A stretch of 64,000 nucleotides of DNA from Somniosus microcephalus (taxonomy: Eukaryota): contig CM126219.1 of assembly GCA_052327205.1 (NCBI GenBank), positions 60,264,001 to 60,328,000 of the forward strand, in the 5' to 3' direction. Below the pieces are notes generated by a model. It did not search any database. It saw only the letters and a program-made list of their open reading frames with translations, and was not told the origin of the DNA. A program made the position numbers and the translations under genes. Positions 26,436 to 40,510 of this stretch are shown one piece after another (positions within the stretch are counted from its first letter, which is position 1; each line of letters opens with the position of its first letter).

Positions 26436-28515
26436 GTATGAGCCACAAAGTCTGTTGTACATAAAAATATCTATTGTAACCCAGTTTAGACTGATGGGAT
26501 AAAAGTCTCCTCCTTCTGCTAGCTACAAGAATCCCATGTGAAATGAGCTTGGGCAGTCCTAATGCAGTTTCTAGTGGACATGGATTCACAACGCACGCAT
26601 ATTTCTAATTTGGCATAGAATTGTCAATCTCATGCAGAGTCCACAGAGTGATTGATGTGGGGAAACAAGGAGAAACAGCGCATTGGTGCAGTAGGGGGCT
26701 GCTTTTCCAACTTTAAGCTGAGAAACACTGTTTGAACAGAGTAGAGGGAATGCCAGATACTGACGCTGCATCCCAAAAATAGAGAATGCTCCAATCCCCA
26801 GCAGTGAAATTACCCACTTTGATGAGCACAATATTGCCAAAAAAGCATCCCAAATATGTTTTCTTTTTATTTAAAAAAAAAAAAAAATTGAATTGGCAAA
26901 GTGCTTCATTAAATTGCAAATTGATGCTCACTCTGCCATTGCAGTGTGGATCTCCAGTTACTTTATTGCAGTCATATTCTGGAGTTGAACTTCCACCTGT
27001 TTAGTTGCTTGGACTGTGAAGTGAAAAATCAGCACATGTGTTGTGCTGATAATCTAATACCATTTACCATATGAACTGAATCTGATCAGCCCAAAGTGTG
27101 TAAATTGAGATTACATTTCAGGTCTTCCTTGTGTGGCCATAATGTGACCTCTATAGGAGCTGCAGTATCAATGGGGTGAAGGAGACCTCTATTTTATTGT
27201 AACCATATATATGTTAAGAAATGGTGCTTGTACTTTGTCCTGGAGTTATTTTCACACATCATATATATATGGTATGTGTGGTCTTTTAATTTCAGCAGAT
27301 CAGCTATTTTGTATGAATGTACTGTATATACAGATAAAGACTTTAAAGATTTTACTTGGAGTTCTGTTAATGTAATAATGCTTTATAGTTCTGAGGTATA
27401 CCCAATGTATCCGCTAAATTTCAAATTGAAATGGAGTAGAAGAAAGAGAAGGAAAGTAATGAAGGGAGTGAGGAACAGTAAGAGGAACAAATATTGCATG
27501 AGAAATGGGTGCAATGGAATATACACTGGAAGGAATTGTGACTCCTCTAGCTATGTGCATGCCGTTCAAAATATAAATGGGCAAGGAACCCTCGGGCTTT
27601 AAAAAAAAATCTTGTAGGTTTAAGTGAGGTTGATGTAACTGAGGAAATTTTAACCAATTCTGTTATGGCTAAGGTGTAATAGTATAAAGATTGTATGTGT
27701 AACAGAGGGCATAGCTGATTGTGGAACCCTTTAATTAGCATGATTTCCTTTCCAGATTAGAAACTAGCATTCTTATTCTATAGCCCATGAAGTAGGGTGG
27801 AAGCCTGTTTTATGAACCTGTGCATGAAATAATTTGGCCTTCAATTCAATCAGATTTTATGATATTCCTTTTGTTAAGCATTACTATGTCTGGAATTCTG
27901 TTAGCTTTGATAACTTCTGTAGTTTATGGTTTTTAAATTGAGTATCGTGATTTCGTAGCCAAAAGCAAATATGAAAAAAAAAATTAGCAGTAGTGGATAT
28001 AAACAGCAAACTCGTGAACAAAAATGATGAGACACAAATCATTCTTGCTTTACTCTTTGTGGTTTGCCATTGCCTGAACCCGTTGAATTTATAAAAGCCT
28101 TGTGAAAAGAAGACTGAGAACCTTGTGCAAGTTTTTCTTCTGCAGTACTCAAGGTTTTGTGTCTTCACAAAGGCATTAGGAAGAATTTGAAGTATATCCA
28201 ACTTTTTATTTTGAATTGCTCATGCCAAATAGCAGTAGTGAAAAGGTGAAGTCTTAAGAGCTGTATTGGGAGAATTGATTTTGTGCAATATTCCTTTTAA
28301 TCTTTGAAGAAAAGACTATTATATGTGAGGTACACATTGCCTGTTCTTTAGATATATTGTAATTGTGACATTGATTATAGATGTAACCTTTGTGCTTTTT
28401 TAACTGAACCAATCTACTTGTATTTTTTTATTAGATTTTTAAAAATCCCAAGCAAGTGTGGCACACTTTATTGTATTGTTATACCTATAATTTGATCATT
28501 GAATTCTCTCTTTAG

Positions 28516-28735
28516 GCCAACACCCTGGCTTCTACCTCCACAGCTGCAACCCTTTCACTGTCCAGTGCCGATGTATCTCTGCTTAATTATCAATCTGCAC
28601 TCTACCAGCCTACAGCGGCACCTGTAGCGGGCGTTGCACAAGCAAGCATGCCTCTGCAGGCTGGAACAACGCAGCTGTGTGCACAGGCTGACCCCTTCCA
28701 GCAAGCCCTCATTGTGTGTCCACCAGCATTTCAAG
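28516..28735 (+). CDS. HIPK1: HIPK1 exon (220 nt): [32 protein letters not shown]...[15 protein letters not shown](G)
   Basis: tttag acceptor, AAG|gtaagt donor, HIPK homeodomain-interaction region peptide. Confidence 0.95.
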
Positions 28736-30036
28736 GTAAGTGACTTCTCCTCTCCTGCAGAAATTAGAGAGTCTTAGGCCTCCTGTGAAATCGGAATGCC
28801 TTCCCATTTCCCTTTGTGCTTTTCATACATTCAGAGTGCCAAGTTCATAGGGTAACATTAGTCTAATGGTTTTGAAATAAGTGTGTTTAAGTAGACTATT
28901 CTTTGTTTAGATTCCCATTTCCTTTGTCGGCCCAGGTAAATCCCTTTTCTAGGAAGCCTTCTGTTTGGCTCAGTTTGGGAATGGTTCAGCCCTGTGATCA
29001 GTAGTGGACTACTTCTACGAGCGATTATTGGTATCCATTGTTTGTTGGTTGCTTTTCAAATTGGTTTACATGATATAATGTAACAGCAATTTTGGATTTG
29101 CTAATCTGACTGGAAAATATTTTAATCTCGCAGCTGACTATAATTGACAATTTTTGTCCACCACTGGCACCTTACCACTTGAATTTCTTTTGACTAGGTT
29201 CAGCTAGATATCGAATCCTTTGCGTAGTTTCCGTGTAGGCACTGTGATTTATGAGCCTCTAGGTTGAGCGCAAAGGTTGAGGAATGTTGTAGTAAAGTAG
29301 AGCAAAGGCATTAAAGGGGAGAGAGAAAGAGTTGATGGAATGTGCTGAGCTGCAAAGAAACACCAAGAACAGTTGGGGAATAATCAAGGTAGAGAAAAAC
29401 TAGTAATTGTAGAATAAACTCCTTTTGTATCTATGGATTGAAACTACTTAGTGAGCTTGAAGCATAACGGTATAGGTGAGACTTGGTAGTACAGTGTGTG
29501 GCAGCATCTGAATCCACAGTTAGAATATTTAAATTCACTTTTTCTGTTACTGTTTGGGGAGCTTAAGTAGAGAATTAAGTAAGATAATGTTTAAGTTTAT
29601 AAATTTCTGAATAAAATGGGTCCTACAACCTTAATGATTACTGTTGGTTTTTTCCCTTCCCCCCCCCCCCCCCCCATCCAAGCAACAAAAAAATATCTCT
29701 GGTCAGGAGAACGGGCACTAAACTGTTCCCAAGCTCCAGTATTGACTTTTGGACTGGCCATTTGATAGTGTGTAATAATGATCTATGAGGACTGGATTTG
29801 CACCTTTTCATTTGGCTGAGATCAGGGATTGCTGTGTGGGTGGAAAATCAGCATCCAACCACCATTCTGCTACCCTGTGATGCTACACGGCTTACAACCT
29901 TGATGAAATATTCCTGCTTGCACTCTTTAAAATAAAAGCGTTTAACCGTTACAGTTCCTTTTCGAGAATTTCTTTTCCACAAGCCAACTTTTGAAATGAC
30001 CTAAAAACATGTTATGCTGTATGCTTTTATTGACAG

Positions 30037-30155
30037 GGTTGCAAGCAACTGCAAAACATTCTGGCTTTTCTGTTAGAATGGAGAATGCAGTGCCCATTGT
30101 ACCACAGGCACCAGCTGCACAGTCAATTCAGATTCAGCCCGGTGTTCTCGCTCAG
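30037..30155 (+). CDS. HIPK1: HIPK1 exon (119 nt): [39 protein letters not shown]
   Basis: tgacag acceptor, CAG|gtaagt donor, [10 protein letters not shown] motif. Confidence 0.95.
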
Positions 30156-33055
30156 GTAAGTGGCTGACCAGTCTATTTTAAATTGAGTTTTGTTTCCTGT
30201 GCTTCAAATCCTGAAGTTAGTAACTCTTGCTGGGCTCCTCCCAGGGGCTGGCATCTCCCCCAGTACCTTGCCTCAGTAGTCAGACTTCATAAGGGTTGAG
30301 TGTCAGCAGGAGTGGAGACCTGGGTAATTTTCCACCCCTACGCAACACTCTTTCATTTCTCTCCCAACCAAGGGACGTGGCGACTAATCTAAATGCCTTG
30401 TTTAAAACCGCAGATTTAACCCTTACAAATCTGCAATTTTTTGTAAAAATTGCCTATGTGGTAGCTGCATTAATGAAGATCAGGGTTGCTTAAAACATCT
30501 GATTTACATTTCAGCAGAAATGCCACTTATCCAAAGATAGTTGAGAATGTTAAGTACATTTTACAGGTGAAAATAACTGCAGAGGTCTTGATTTTTTTTT
30601 TCTTGTTGATTTACTCTTCTCCCCAAAACATTGGCTTTTTACTGGACTACAATTTCACCAATGCAGTACTTGCCCAAGTGGTTGAGCTTTGACATTTAGT
30701 GTCAGCAAGCTATTCGACCACTGGGGCTGCCGTAGCCAGGCCCTGTTCTGTCCGGCAGGAGAACCGAGGGAGCCGTGGTTGATTCCCGAGTGACACGGAG
30801 GCCAGTAGTAGCACCCTACCACTGTCTTGCTAAAATCAGTTAACTCGAGATTGAAGCTGGGACCATATGGTTTGCATTCATCAGAGCATTCCCTGGTTAA
30901 ATTTGCTGAGCCATCGAGGGAATGCAGGTGTCAAATGTTTTTCTCATATTGATATTGTGGTGTTGATGATTGCATAGATTGATCTTATGTTGTTGAAAAA
31001 AGAATGTTTAGATAATCCTTAAAAATCACAAATTACAGAACAAATTTTTATTGATGTGAAGATTGTGGCAGCTACATAAACCTTTTTACCAATCTTAAAA
31101 TTCTACTGACTTGACAAACAGAGCAGATCATTGCAATGCCAGCTGCAACTTTGATTTTATACTGTTGGGTGTTTACACCAATAAGTGAAAGATAAGTTGA
31201 AATTGCTCCAAAACTTAAAAAAAATAAATGACTTGTATCAAATGTGTTAAGTGAAAAGATGCAGATGAGAGTATGCTAGCTGCAGAGGCAAGGAGAGAAC
31301 ACAGACAATAATTTAAACAAAAGCTAAACTTAATTTTGAGGATTCTTTGGATGTGAATAACTTTTAGTGTAGAGAAAATTTTAAAAGATTATTTTTGCAA
31401 AAGTAGCTTGAAAGCTCAAACAGATAACTGCATTCCATATAACCTACAAATACTTTCATTTACATAGTGTCTTACCATGCTAAATCATTTTGGAGCACTT
31501 CATACAGTGAATTACGTGAGAGTACAGCAGTGACTGCTGTTTTTATGCCCAAGATTTCCATTTTAATTCACTTACTGGTGCAAAAACATTTTGCTAAAAA
31601 AAAGCTCTGGTGTGTTTTCGCTACGGCCTAATTTCTCTCTGTTCACATGTGACTTTAAAGGCAGTTTTAAATCAGTAGGTGTAAGTAAAAATCATTTGGT
31701 ATGACAACAGTTTTATTAAACTTGTCCACATAGAGCTAACAATTAGCACTTTTTGCATCAAGTGTAGCTGTTGTTAAAAACAAACTAAAACCACAGCGCT
31801 ACTTTCCTTGAATCACTGTATAAATATCTAATTGTCCAAGCCAGCAGCCTTAACTTGAAACTGTATCTATAATCGTGAAAGCATATAGCTGTGCCACTGG
31901 TGCTGCACTGGGGTTTAGGATTGGGTTGCTGAAGTTGTTCACAGTTGAGGCATCTTTTTACCCATACTATTTATTTCAGATTTTTTGCATCTGATGTACA
32001 TATTGCCTCAGTGGAAACGTGCTGTGGAAATTCTGAGAAAAATCGCCACCCATTTTGGAATCCCTGTAAACAGTAATGCAACCTTGCTTGGCTCCATGTG
32101 GACACAGTTCTGCAATTTGAGATTGATCTGTAGTGCAGTGATTCAGAGTCATCCAGAGCAGGGACCCATATAATGAAACCTGGTGACAAAAGTTTTGGCC
32201 ACAAATGATTGTAATCAATCAGGGAATGTCTTGCGAGCTACTAATTCTCTTTCTTTTCACTCTAGGATTGTGGGAATTTGGAATAAATAACAATTTTTTT
32301 TTTTACACAGTGTTGGAAAATGTAATTTTGTAATTGTCGAGTGAACTCTTCATAGCTTTGAAAGCCTTATTGCTAAAGGATTAAAGGATAAACATTTCTG
32401 TCCAAGATTTTGAGACCTGCCTTACAGCAGCGCTGTCCTGGTTTAATGATTTTGTTGGGGGGAAAATATAAAACTTAAAAAAAAAAAGCAGAAGCAAGAG
32501 TATTTCTGTTTGCATTAATGTAGATACAACCTTAGCTGTTGCTTTTTAAAGCTATGATGGGGATCCTTTTTTCTTTTACTTGCAGTTGGCAGTGTCCCTT
32601 TTTGTATGCCTGACTAGAATGTGTATCAAACCCACTTTAACATCAAATCTAATATTGATGCTAGTCACAGTTATTTGTATTTGTTTCTAAAATAAATGAG
32701 GGTATAGTTTTTCAATGCGTTTTATCAAATTCAGTGGGATAGGTGGCTGTGTACTAGTACTTGTCTCTCCTTTCCCCCCCCCCCCCCCCCAACCATTTTG
32801 GGGCCCAGACTTAAATCTGACCAAAGACAAATGGGGTAAGAGATGGAATGTTGGAAGAGGCTTAAGTAAAACAAGTCTGAGTAATCTGAACTTAATTCCT
32901 GATTCACTTGACATGCACAGTACTGCCTCTGCTAAATTTCATTTTGCCAAAAGACGAAACCTGATTTTTTTCATGCTATTCAGGGCATCAAAAAGGGACG
33001 CTGCAGATTTGAGAACTAATGTACCATATAACTGACTCCCACCCCCCCATTACAG

Positions 33056-33190
33056 GGCAGCTGCACACCGCTGATGGTGGCCACTCTACATCCTCACGTT
33101 GCCACTGTTGCTCCGCAGTATGCGGTCCCTTTTACCCTGAACTGCGCAGCCGGCCGGCCTGCGCTGGTCGATCAGACGACCACAGTACTG
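33056..33190 (+). CDS. HIPK1: HIPK1 exon (135 nt, phase 0-0): [45 protein letters not shown]
   Basis: tacag acceptor, CTG|gtaaat donor; matches the HIPK1-specific insert. Confidence 0.93.
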
Positions 33191-33844
33191 GTAAATGCTC
33201 CCACTTGGTGTGATTCTGTGCACTAACAGATGCTCCTCTGAGGCTGCTGCAGAGGAACGGAAGCATGTATCATTGTGTGCCTTATATATTTTCCACGTCA
33301 TTGGACGTCTCTTCTGTCTTACTCTTTTGAACAATCTGGATGATGAAACAAGTTATACTTGAGAACAAAACACTCAACATTTCTAAAAGGCTCGAATTCT
33401 AGTAACATGGTTGGGGATGAAGGGAGTGGAAAGTAACTTTCACTACCAATTGACTATTTATGTTTCATTCATGGTTCATCAACCAGACAAATGTAAAACT
33501 GTTTGAGGACTGATATGGTGGCATATAAATACAATTGTGCCTAACTGTATCTATGTCCCCTAGGGAAATCATGTGAAAGGTTAACAGCAGCTGCCAGATC
33601 TTTTCACCTACTTCAAACCAGATTGAGTTAATCTATGTTCAGAAATAAGGTGGAAGAGAGGGAGGGAATGATTCAGTCCACATAATTAGTATTATAGTTT
33701 TCCTTGATGACACACAGAGCATTTCAGGGAACATTAGTACCGTTATGTGGATTCTGCTAGATAGAGCTAAGCAACTTTAACAGTAGATCAGGAGTTATTG
33801 GCATCTCTTGTCGTCTTCCCCCATCTCCACAGTGTTCAAAGCCT

Positions 33845-34000
33845 ATGGGAAAGCTAGATAAGCACATGAGGGAGAAAGGAATAGAAGGACATGCTGATGG
33901 GGGTTGGATGAAAAAAGGTGGGAGGAGGCTCCTGTGGAGCATAAATGTTGGCATAGACCAGTTGGGCCGAATGGCCTGTTTCTGTGCTGTAAATTCTATG
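33845..34000 (+). mobile_element. CR1 3' tail fragment
   Basis: Aligns with 55400-55545 (gggccgaatggcctgtttctgtgctgta). Confidence 0.8.
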
Positions 34001-35424
34001 GAATTTTTCCCCCTTTGTTTTTCTGCTCTTCATTAGAGCCATTCTTGCTATACACCATTTTGTGAGCAGGCACACAGCCTGCTGGAAGCCTCTGCTGGTG
34101 CTATCCTAACCAGCTACTGGGAGACATGAAAGAGACTTGAGAGCACCAGTAGACCTGTTACTTTCAATTATATATATTTTTTTTAATTGAATGTTGTGCT
34201 AATTATCTAAAACAATAGAGTACAAGTCTTCAGAGGTTAAGTTTTATAATACATTGGTCAGGACACACTTTGGGTGCTGTGTATAGTTTAGTCATCCTAC
34301 TTTGAGAGGTATGTATGATTAGAGAGGATAAAGAGATGTGTAAAAAGGATGAGTTATGAATATACTAGGTAAGATGGTAATCAGAGATGCAGTTGGATGC
34401 TAGGCTGCATGATGGCTTGCACTATAAGTACTACTTGCATTTACGTAGCGGTAGTAAAATGTCTTGCGGTAAGTCACAGAAGTGAAAACTGAAAGGGTGC
34501 AGGGGGGGAGCTGGAGATTATGTAAAGTGGACCTCAGAAGGTGGCTGAGGAGGATGTTTCAGAAGTAGAACCTGGAGGTAACCGAAGTGGGGCTGAGGTA
34601 AGCATGGAGGCAGGCTAAATTGTGGAAGTGGAACTGGTGAACGTGGAGTGGCAGAGAGATTGAATTGGGTGTCTTCATACAATGCGGGGAAGAGGGGACC
34701 AAGGATGGAACCTTGGGATATTCATAAAATGGCAATGTATGGGTAGAAGGAGATTCACTGGCTTTTTTGGAACAAGTAGGAGTAGAACCAAGAGAGCATG
34801 CTTCCATGGAGGTGACTTGTGAAGGGAGGAAAAAGTCTAGGAAGATGAGGAGAGATAGCGTACCATGATCACAATCACAGTATTGGTGACTTGAAACAGG
34901 CAATATTGGTACTGAGGGCAGGGTGAAAAGCAGACTAATGGTATTCCGACAGGGAGTGGTAGGAAAATGTGACAATGTGTTGGTTATATTCCTAACTTTT
35001 GTTTCAATATCTTGGTTGAGATGGTGACCTTGGTGGCCATCTGATTACTTTCAATTGGTAAACGGATCATGGACCCTTGTTTAGCTTCCACTTTAGTGGC
35101 ATTCATTTTACCAACTTTGGAAGGTAGAGTGGGAGTCAAACTTCTCGCCATTTGACTACAAGCTGAGCACTTTACTTATAGACTGCCAACGTAATTCCTT
35201 CAGGTGACTGATAGCTGAATTTGCACATCACCCTCATTGATGGGCAGTATAGCAATATTTTCGGAGACGTAAGCCTAAAATGGGAATCAAATATCAGAAC
35301 CTGAACATATACCCTCAGAATTGGTACCAGAAGCAAAAACCCACCAAGCTCCATTGTAGGTAGCTATTGGATATTGATTCTGGCACATGACTGTCTAAAC
35401 TGGCAGTGATGTTGCAACAAAATA

Positions 35425-35706
35425 CAGGAAACTTTGGTTTATCTGGAGGTTGTATGTCCGGAATACTCGATCTAACGGCAAAAATCAGGAGCCGTTTTCT
35501 GTAAGTTTTTTTAGATCTCGTTCTTTTTTTTCCCAGCAAGAGATACTTGCAGCTGCAGCCGACTCTTTAGAAGCTGTTGCTAAGCAACAATGTTTGTTGT
35601 CAGATACGGAGATGAAAACCTCCATATGCTTCAACATTAACTTTGTATGTCCGGCAGTTTTGATAGATCGGCAACACGTCGGTGCCGGATATCACAAAGT
35701 TTCCTG
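35425..35706 (+). mobile_element. Tigger/pogo-like MITE, copy 3
   Basis: TA-CAGGAAACTTTGG...AAAGTTTCCTG-TA. Confidence 0.9.
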
Positions 35707-37552
35707 TACTCTGTTCTGGCCACTACATCCCGCTGTGTCCTCTCACTGTTTAGTACCACACCTTGACATTAGTGTTAAGTTGGCAGAGCTGAGCCTGCAC
35801 TGTGGCAATGTTTCAGCATATAAGCTGTAGGGTGAGCGGCTGTTCTCTAATTCAGAGGCTACAGTATGCCGTTCATTTACAGAACCATAGTGCACCATTT
35901 TTCTTACCTTGCTGTTGAGGATTTGAATTATAGTTCTTCCATACTTGAGCTTTCTCAACCCCTGAATTCTGCTGTACAGTTAGCAGCCAGTTCAGAGCCT
36001 TTTAGTAATGCTGAGTCCATTGGATTTAAATTGATATTTTTCAATAAGCAGTCAATGACTGGTGACGTGGTCAGATTGATAATCCGAATCAAAACCTGAA
36101 CTGATATTTTAACATTCGAACAAATTTATAGTGAAGACTGCAAAAATGAATTAGCATTTTTCTTTTCCTTAGAACTTATAGCAATATTAATAGATAAAAT
36201 GATGGATTTGAAGTGGGATTGCAGGGATGTGAGTGAGCAAACTGTCCTCTGTATTGATGCATTTTATCTTAAATGAGGAGGTCAGTAACTTGCATCCTGC
36301 CTAATTGCTGCTTCAAATAGCCTTTTATTAAAGGGCAAAACCAGTTATCTCAGCTGACCGACAGATGCTGTTAATATGCTCAGACTAGGATATAATTTCC
36401 TTTTAAAATAGGATGTAAGCTTCCCCTGTAACTCCACTAATTAAGGTAGTCGACATGTAAGCCATGTAAATAAGGACTATCTGAGATTCGATCCATGCTC
36501 TGCTGAATTCGCTGATCTCAGCTGGAGCAATGTTGGGGAGTGAGAAATTGGCCAGGATTTCCCACCCTGATCGCTATCCAGTGATCCTTGCTCAAAACCA
36601 ACATATGTGAACACCAGGTGAGAACAGGATCAAGCTCAGCATTGATTTAAATTAACATAATCTCATTTGTTTTCCTCTTTCAGTAAAATAAAAAAAACTT
36701 TTAAAAAGATATAATGCACTAAAATGTACTCAATTGCACTATTTTGGAGGCACTGTCCTAATGGCTGAAGAGTGAGAGCAGCCATGTTGATTTTTGATGG
36801 GTTTTGTAATGTCCTATGACATTAATTGAATCCCAAGAATTTGGAGAAAGACAAAAAAAAGTTGCAATACTCTTTTCCACAAAGACACTACCTTTACTAT
36901 AAGTATGTATGTTCCTGTAGTATTTGGAAAGTATTTCTCAAAATTCTCACTCATATCTTTCATAATTAAGCAATTTAAATAGAGATGCTATAATTTAGCT
37001 TTGGAGCAAGACTAAATAAATTGAAAATAGCCCTAATATAGGGTTACTAGTAGCTCATGTTTTGTAAACCAGATCCTATAAACCTTGCCTAAAGAGATAG
37101 CTGTGCCTTGCCTTTATGGCAGGCATCAAGTATATGACCATTGCTTGTAAATTGTGGAACAACAGTCTTTTAACATGGCCTTTGAAAGACCCATTTGACA
37201 CCAAAACTAATTGGCTATCAGGGTGTCTCATAAGAGCATCTTTTTTAAAGAACACCCCACAGCTGTTAACCACAGTTGTTTGAAATTAATCTCTTACTAT
37301 TTAGCTCTGTAAAACCCTTTTGCATAAATGCCACATGCTAATAACCTCATTGTGGGAACTGGCTGGGAAGAGTTACGAGCATGATGTAAGGGTCCAAATC
37401 ACCAGTGTCATTGACCTGGGGTGCTGTAGCAGTTGGGTACCCACATTCCTTCCTATTCACTGAGTTAAATAGTTTTTCTATGTATGTTTCTCTGATTTAA
37501 TCTGAAATGTGTAAAGTAGTATTTAAGTCAGAAGGTCAGGGAAAAACATATA

Positions 37553-38302
37553 GGCCCTGAAATTAGGATCGGGAGCTTGCCACGCGTGCAAGCTCCCGAT
37601 GTGCACTCTCCCTGCGCGCCGACATCTGAAGCCCGGGCCTGCTTGCATTTCCTGTCACTGGCCCGGTTCAGATGTCAGCGCGCAGTGCTTACCTGATCCA
37701 GCGGCGTAGTTAGTGCGATGTGCCGGCTGGGATCAGGTGAGCACTGTGCAGCCAATCAGGGGAGGGGAAACTCATGAGTTTGAGAGTAAGAACTGTCAAA
37801 CTCATGAAAAGTATGGGCTGCCAAAACACTACTTAAACTTTAAATAACATTTTAAACAACATCCCACTGATTATATGAACTATAAGTTTTTAAAAATGCT
37901 TTAAACAATCAAATTTTTGAAAAAAATAAATTTTTTAAAAATAGGGTCTAAAACTAAACTTACTGTAAATTCTTTAAAAATAATAAACCTGTGGAAAAAA
38001 TTTTTCTAAATTGTACTAAAAGCCCACTTACCTGTAAAACAAAGTACTTACGTCTGGTTTTTCCACGTAAAAACTGGAGGCCTTTACACTCGGGCAACTC
38101 TGGGGGGAAAAAAAAGGAATTTCACTGCGCACGCGCTGCCTGTGCAGTCGCGTGCGTTCTGCCTCTTAACCCCTTGGGTCAGAGGAAAGGAAATGCCGGT
38201 TTTCAGCGCATGCGCTGTGCATGCTGAAAACCGGCAATTCCTCCGGTCACACGCGTGAGTACCCCGTCCGTACTCACGCATTGTGACAGGAATTACTGGG
38301 CC
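37553..38302. mobile_element. Non-autonomous PIF/Harbinger-like element
   Basis: TIR GGCCCTGAAATT / AATTACTGGGCC, flanks ATA/ATT, CpG-rich hairpin-forming subterminal regions, AT-rich core. Confidence 0.72.
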
Positions 38303-39082
38303 ATTATGTGTAACTGATATCTAAAATTGTCCCCGATGGCAGCATACTTATCTATAAAGTCTTGCATATAGCGTGCACTTCCTGTAAGTGTCAGAATTAC
38401 TTCCTGCAACACTTTTTTAATATCACATTTTGTTGACAATGTCCCTATTGTTAGAAAACAGTATATCCTACGACTCACTGTGCACAACAGCATGGGAGAA
38501 CTGCTAGTATATTAAAAATTAATTATGTAGGCTACTCCCAACATTTAATGAAACATTCTTAGGTGATTGGAAGATTGCTAATTAGCTTTTGTGGTCTTGA
38601 ATTAAATCTTAGTAGCATGTTTAAATGGATCATGCAACTTCTGCAGTCGCTTCCAGTGACCACGTGCATTTTGCTTTCTCAGATCAAAGGTTGGTTAGAA
38701 TGTTCCCTCCCTTTTCCCCCTTGCTGCTTGGCATGAGCCTGCTTAGAAGAGATTGCTGTGTCTGTGTGTTTGTATTCCTGCAGAATGGCTCGTCGCACAG
38801 AATATCCAAATGTATGTTTCTGCTTCAGAGCTGCGAGATATTGGATATACTCACTTTCTCTTTCTCTCATTAAACTGTAATGCCTTGTCCTGTGCAGGTA
38901 TTAGCTTTGGAGGGAGGCGTTGTGTAAATCTAACATCACAAATCTTTGTTTTACCATTGTGCTTCTCTTGCCAGCTGTGTGCGGTCTTCAGCTAGATGCT
39001 TTGTGTTCTTTTCGGGTGTCTGCAAACTTTTGGGGTAGTGTCCCACACAGTGGCAATCTTGACAATCTGTCTTTGTTTGCAG

Positions 39083-39225
39083 CAGGCGTGGCCTGGAGGA
39101 ACCCAGCAAATCCTGCTGCCGTCAACTTGGCAGCAGCTGCCTGGAGTGGCTGTCCACAACTCCGTTCCACATGCTACTGTGATACCAGAAGCTATGACTA
39201 GTACCCAGCAAATAACAGACTGGAG
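39083..39225 (+). CDS. HIPK1: HIPK1 exon (143 nt): [47 protein letters not shown](R); GC donor
   Basis: CAGCAG acceptor; only the AG|gcaagt donor keeps frame with the next exon. Confidence 0.93.
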
Positions 39226-39659
39226 GCAAGTATGCTTTTAATAAAATGAACTGCTTCTGCTTTAACTCTTAACTTTGACCAAACTCTGCATTTTCACCCC
39301 TCTAAAAGGAAGGGAAGTACTGGGATGGGCCAATGCTTTAAAAAGAGTTTACCAATAGTACTATTATCACGATAATCATGACTGAAATTGTGCTGCTTAT
39401 TTCCACAATTTCTGCCTACAGAATACAACAAAATTCCCTACTTTTCTTAAAATTATCTTCCTCTTATGGTAACTTACAATAAATTGAATGTTTTCATAGT
39501 TTTCGCCATTACATCCCTTTATAAATCATGCCCAAGAAATAGTACATTTGGGCAATAAAAACAAGTTGTACATTTGTTGAGCTTTGGTGCAGTTGGATGG
39601 TTTGGATATGAAGTAAAGCTGAGTTCTGATGCCTCAATTACTTGCATTTGTAATTTAGA

Positions 39660-40510
39660 GCATAGAATCATAGAATGGTTACAGCACATAAGGAGGTCAT
39701 TCGGCCCGTCGAGCCCGTGCTGGCTCTCTGCAGGAGCACTTCAGCTAGTCCCACTTCCCCGCCCGTTCCCCGTAGCCATGCAATTTTTTTCCTTCAGGTA
39801 CTTATTCAATTCCCTGTTGAAAGCCACGATTGAGTCTGCCTCCACCACCCTATCAGGCAGTGCATTCCAGACCCTAACCACTCGCTGCATAAAAAAGCTT
39901 TTCCTCATGTTGCCTTTGGTTCTTGTGCCAGTCACCTTAAATCCGTGTCCTGTTTCTCTCTCTTTACTCTGTCTAGACCCCTCATGATTTTGAACACCTA
40001 TCAAATCGCCTCTCAACCTTCTCTGCTCTAAGGAGAACAACCCCAACTTCTTCAGTCTATCCACATAACTGAAGTCCCTCATCCCTGGAACCATTCTCGT
40101 AAATCTTTTCTGCACCCTCTCTAAGGCCTTCACATCCTTCCTAAAGTGCGGTGCCCAGAATTGGACACAATACTCCAGTTGAGGCCGAACCAGTGTTTCA
40201 TAACTTCCTTGCTTTTGTACTCTATGCCTCTATTTATAAAGCCCAGGATCCCGTATGCTTTTTTAACCGCTTTCTCAACCTTCCTTGCCACCTTCAACGA
40301 TTTGTGCACATATACCCCCAGGCCTCTCTGTTCATGCACCCCCTTTAGTTTATATTGCCTCTCCTTGTTCTTCCTACCAAAATGCATCACTTTGCACTTT
40401 TCTGCGTTAAATTTTAGCTGCCACGTGTCCGTCCATGCCACCAGCCTGTCTGCCTTCTTGAAGTTTATCACTATACTTCCAAGTTTTATCATCTACAAAT
40501 TTTGAAATTG
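39660..40510 (-). mobile_element. CR1 LINE 3' fragment
   Basis: ALERVQKRFTRM, LEQRRLRGDLI peptides; (ATTCTATG)n tail. Confidence 0.92.
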
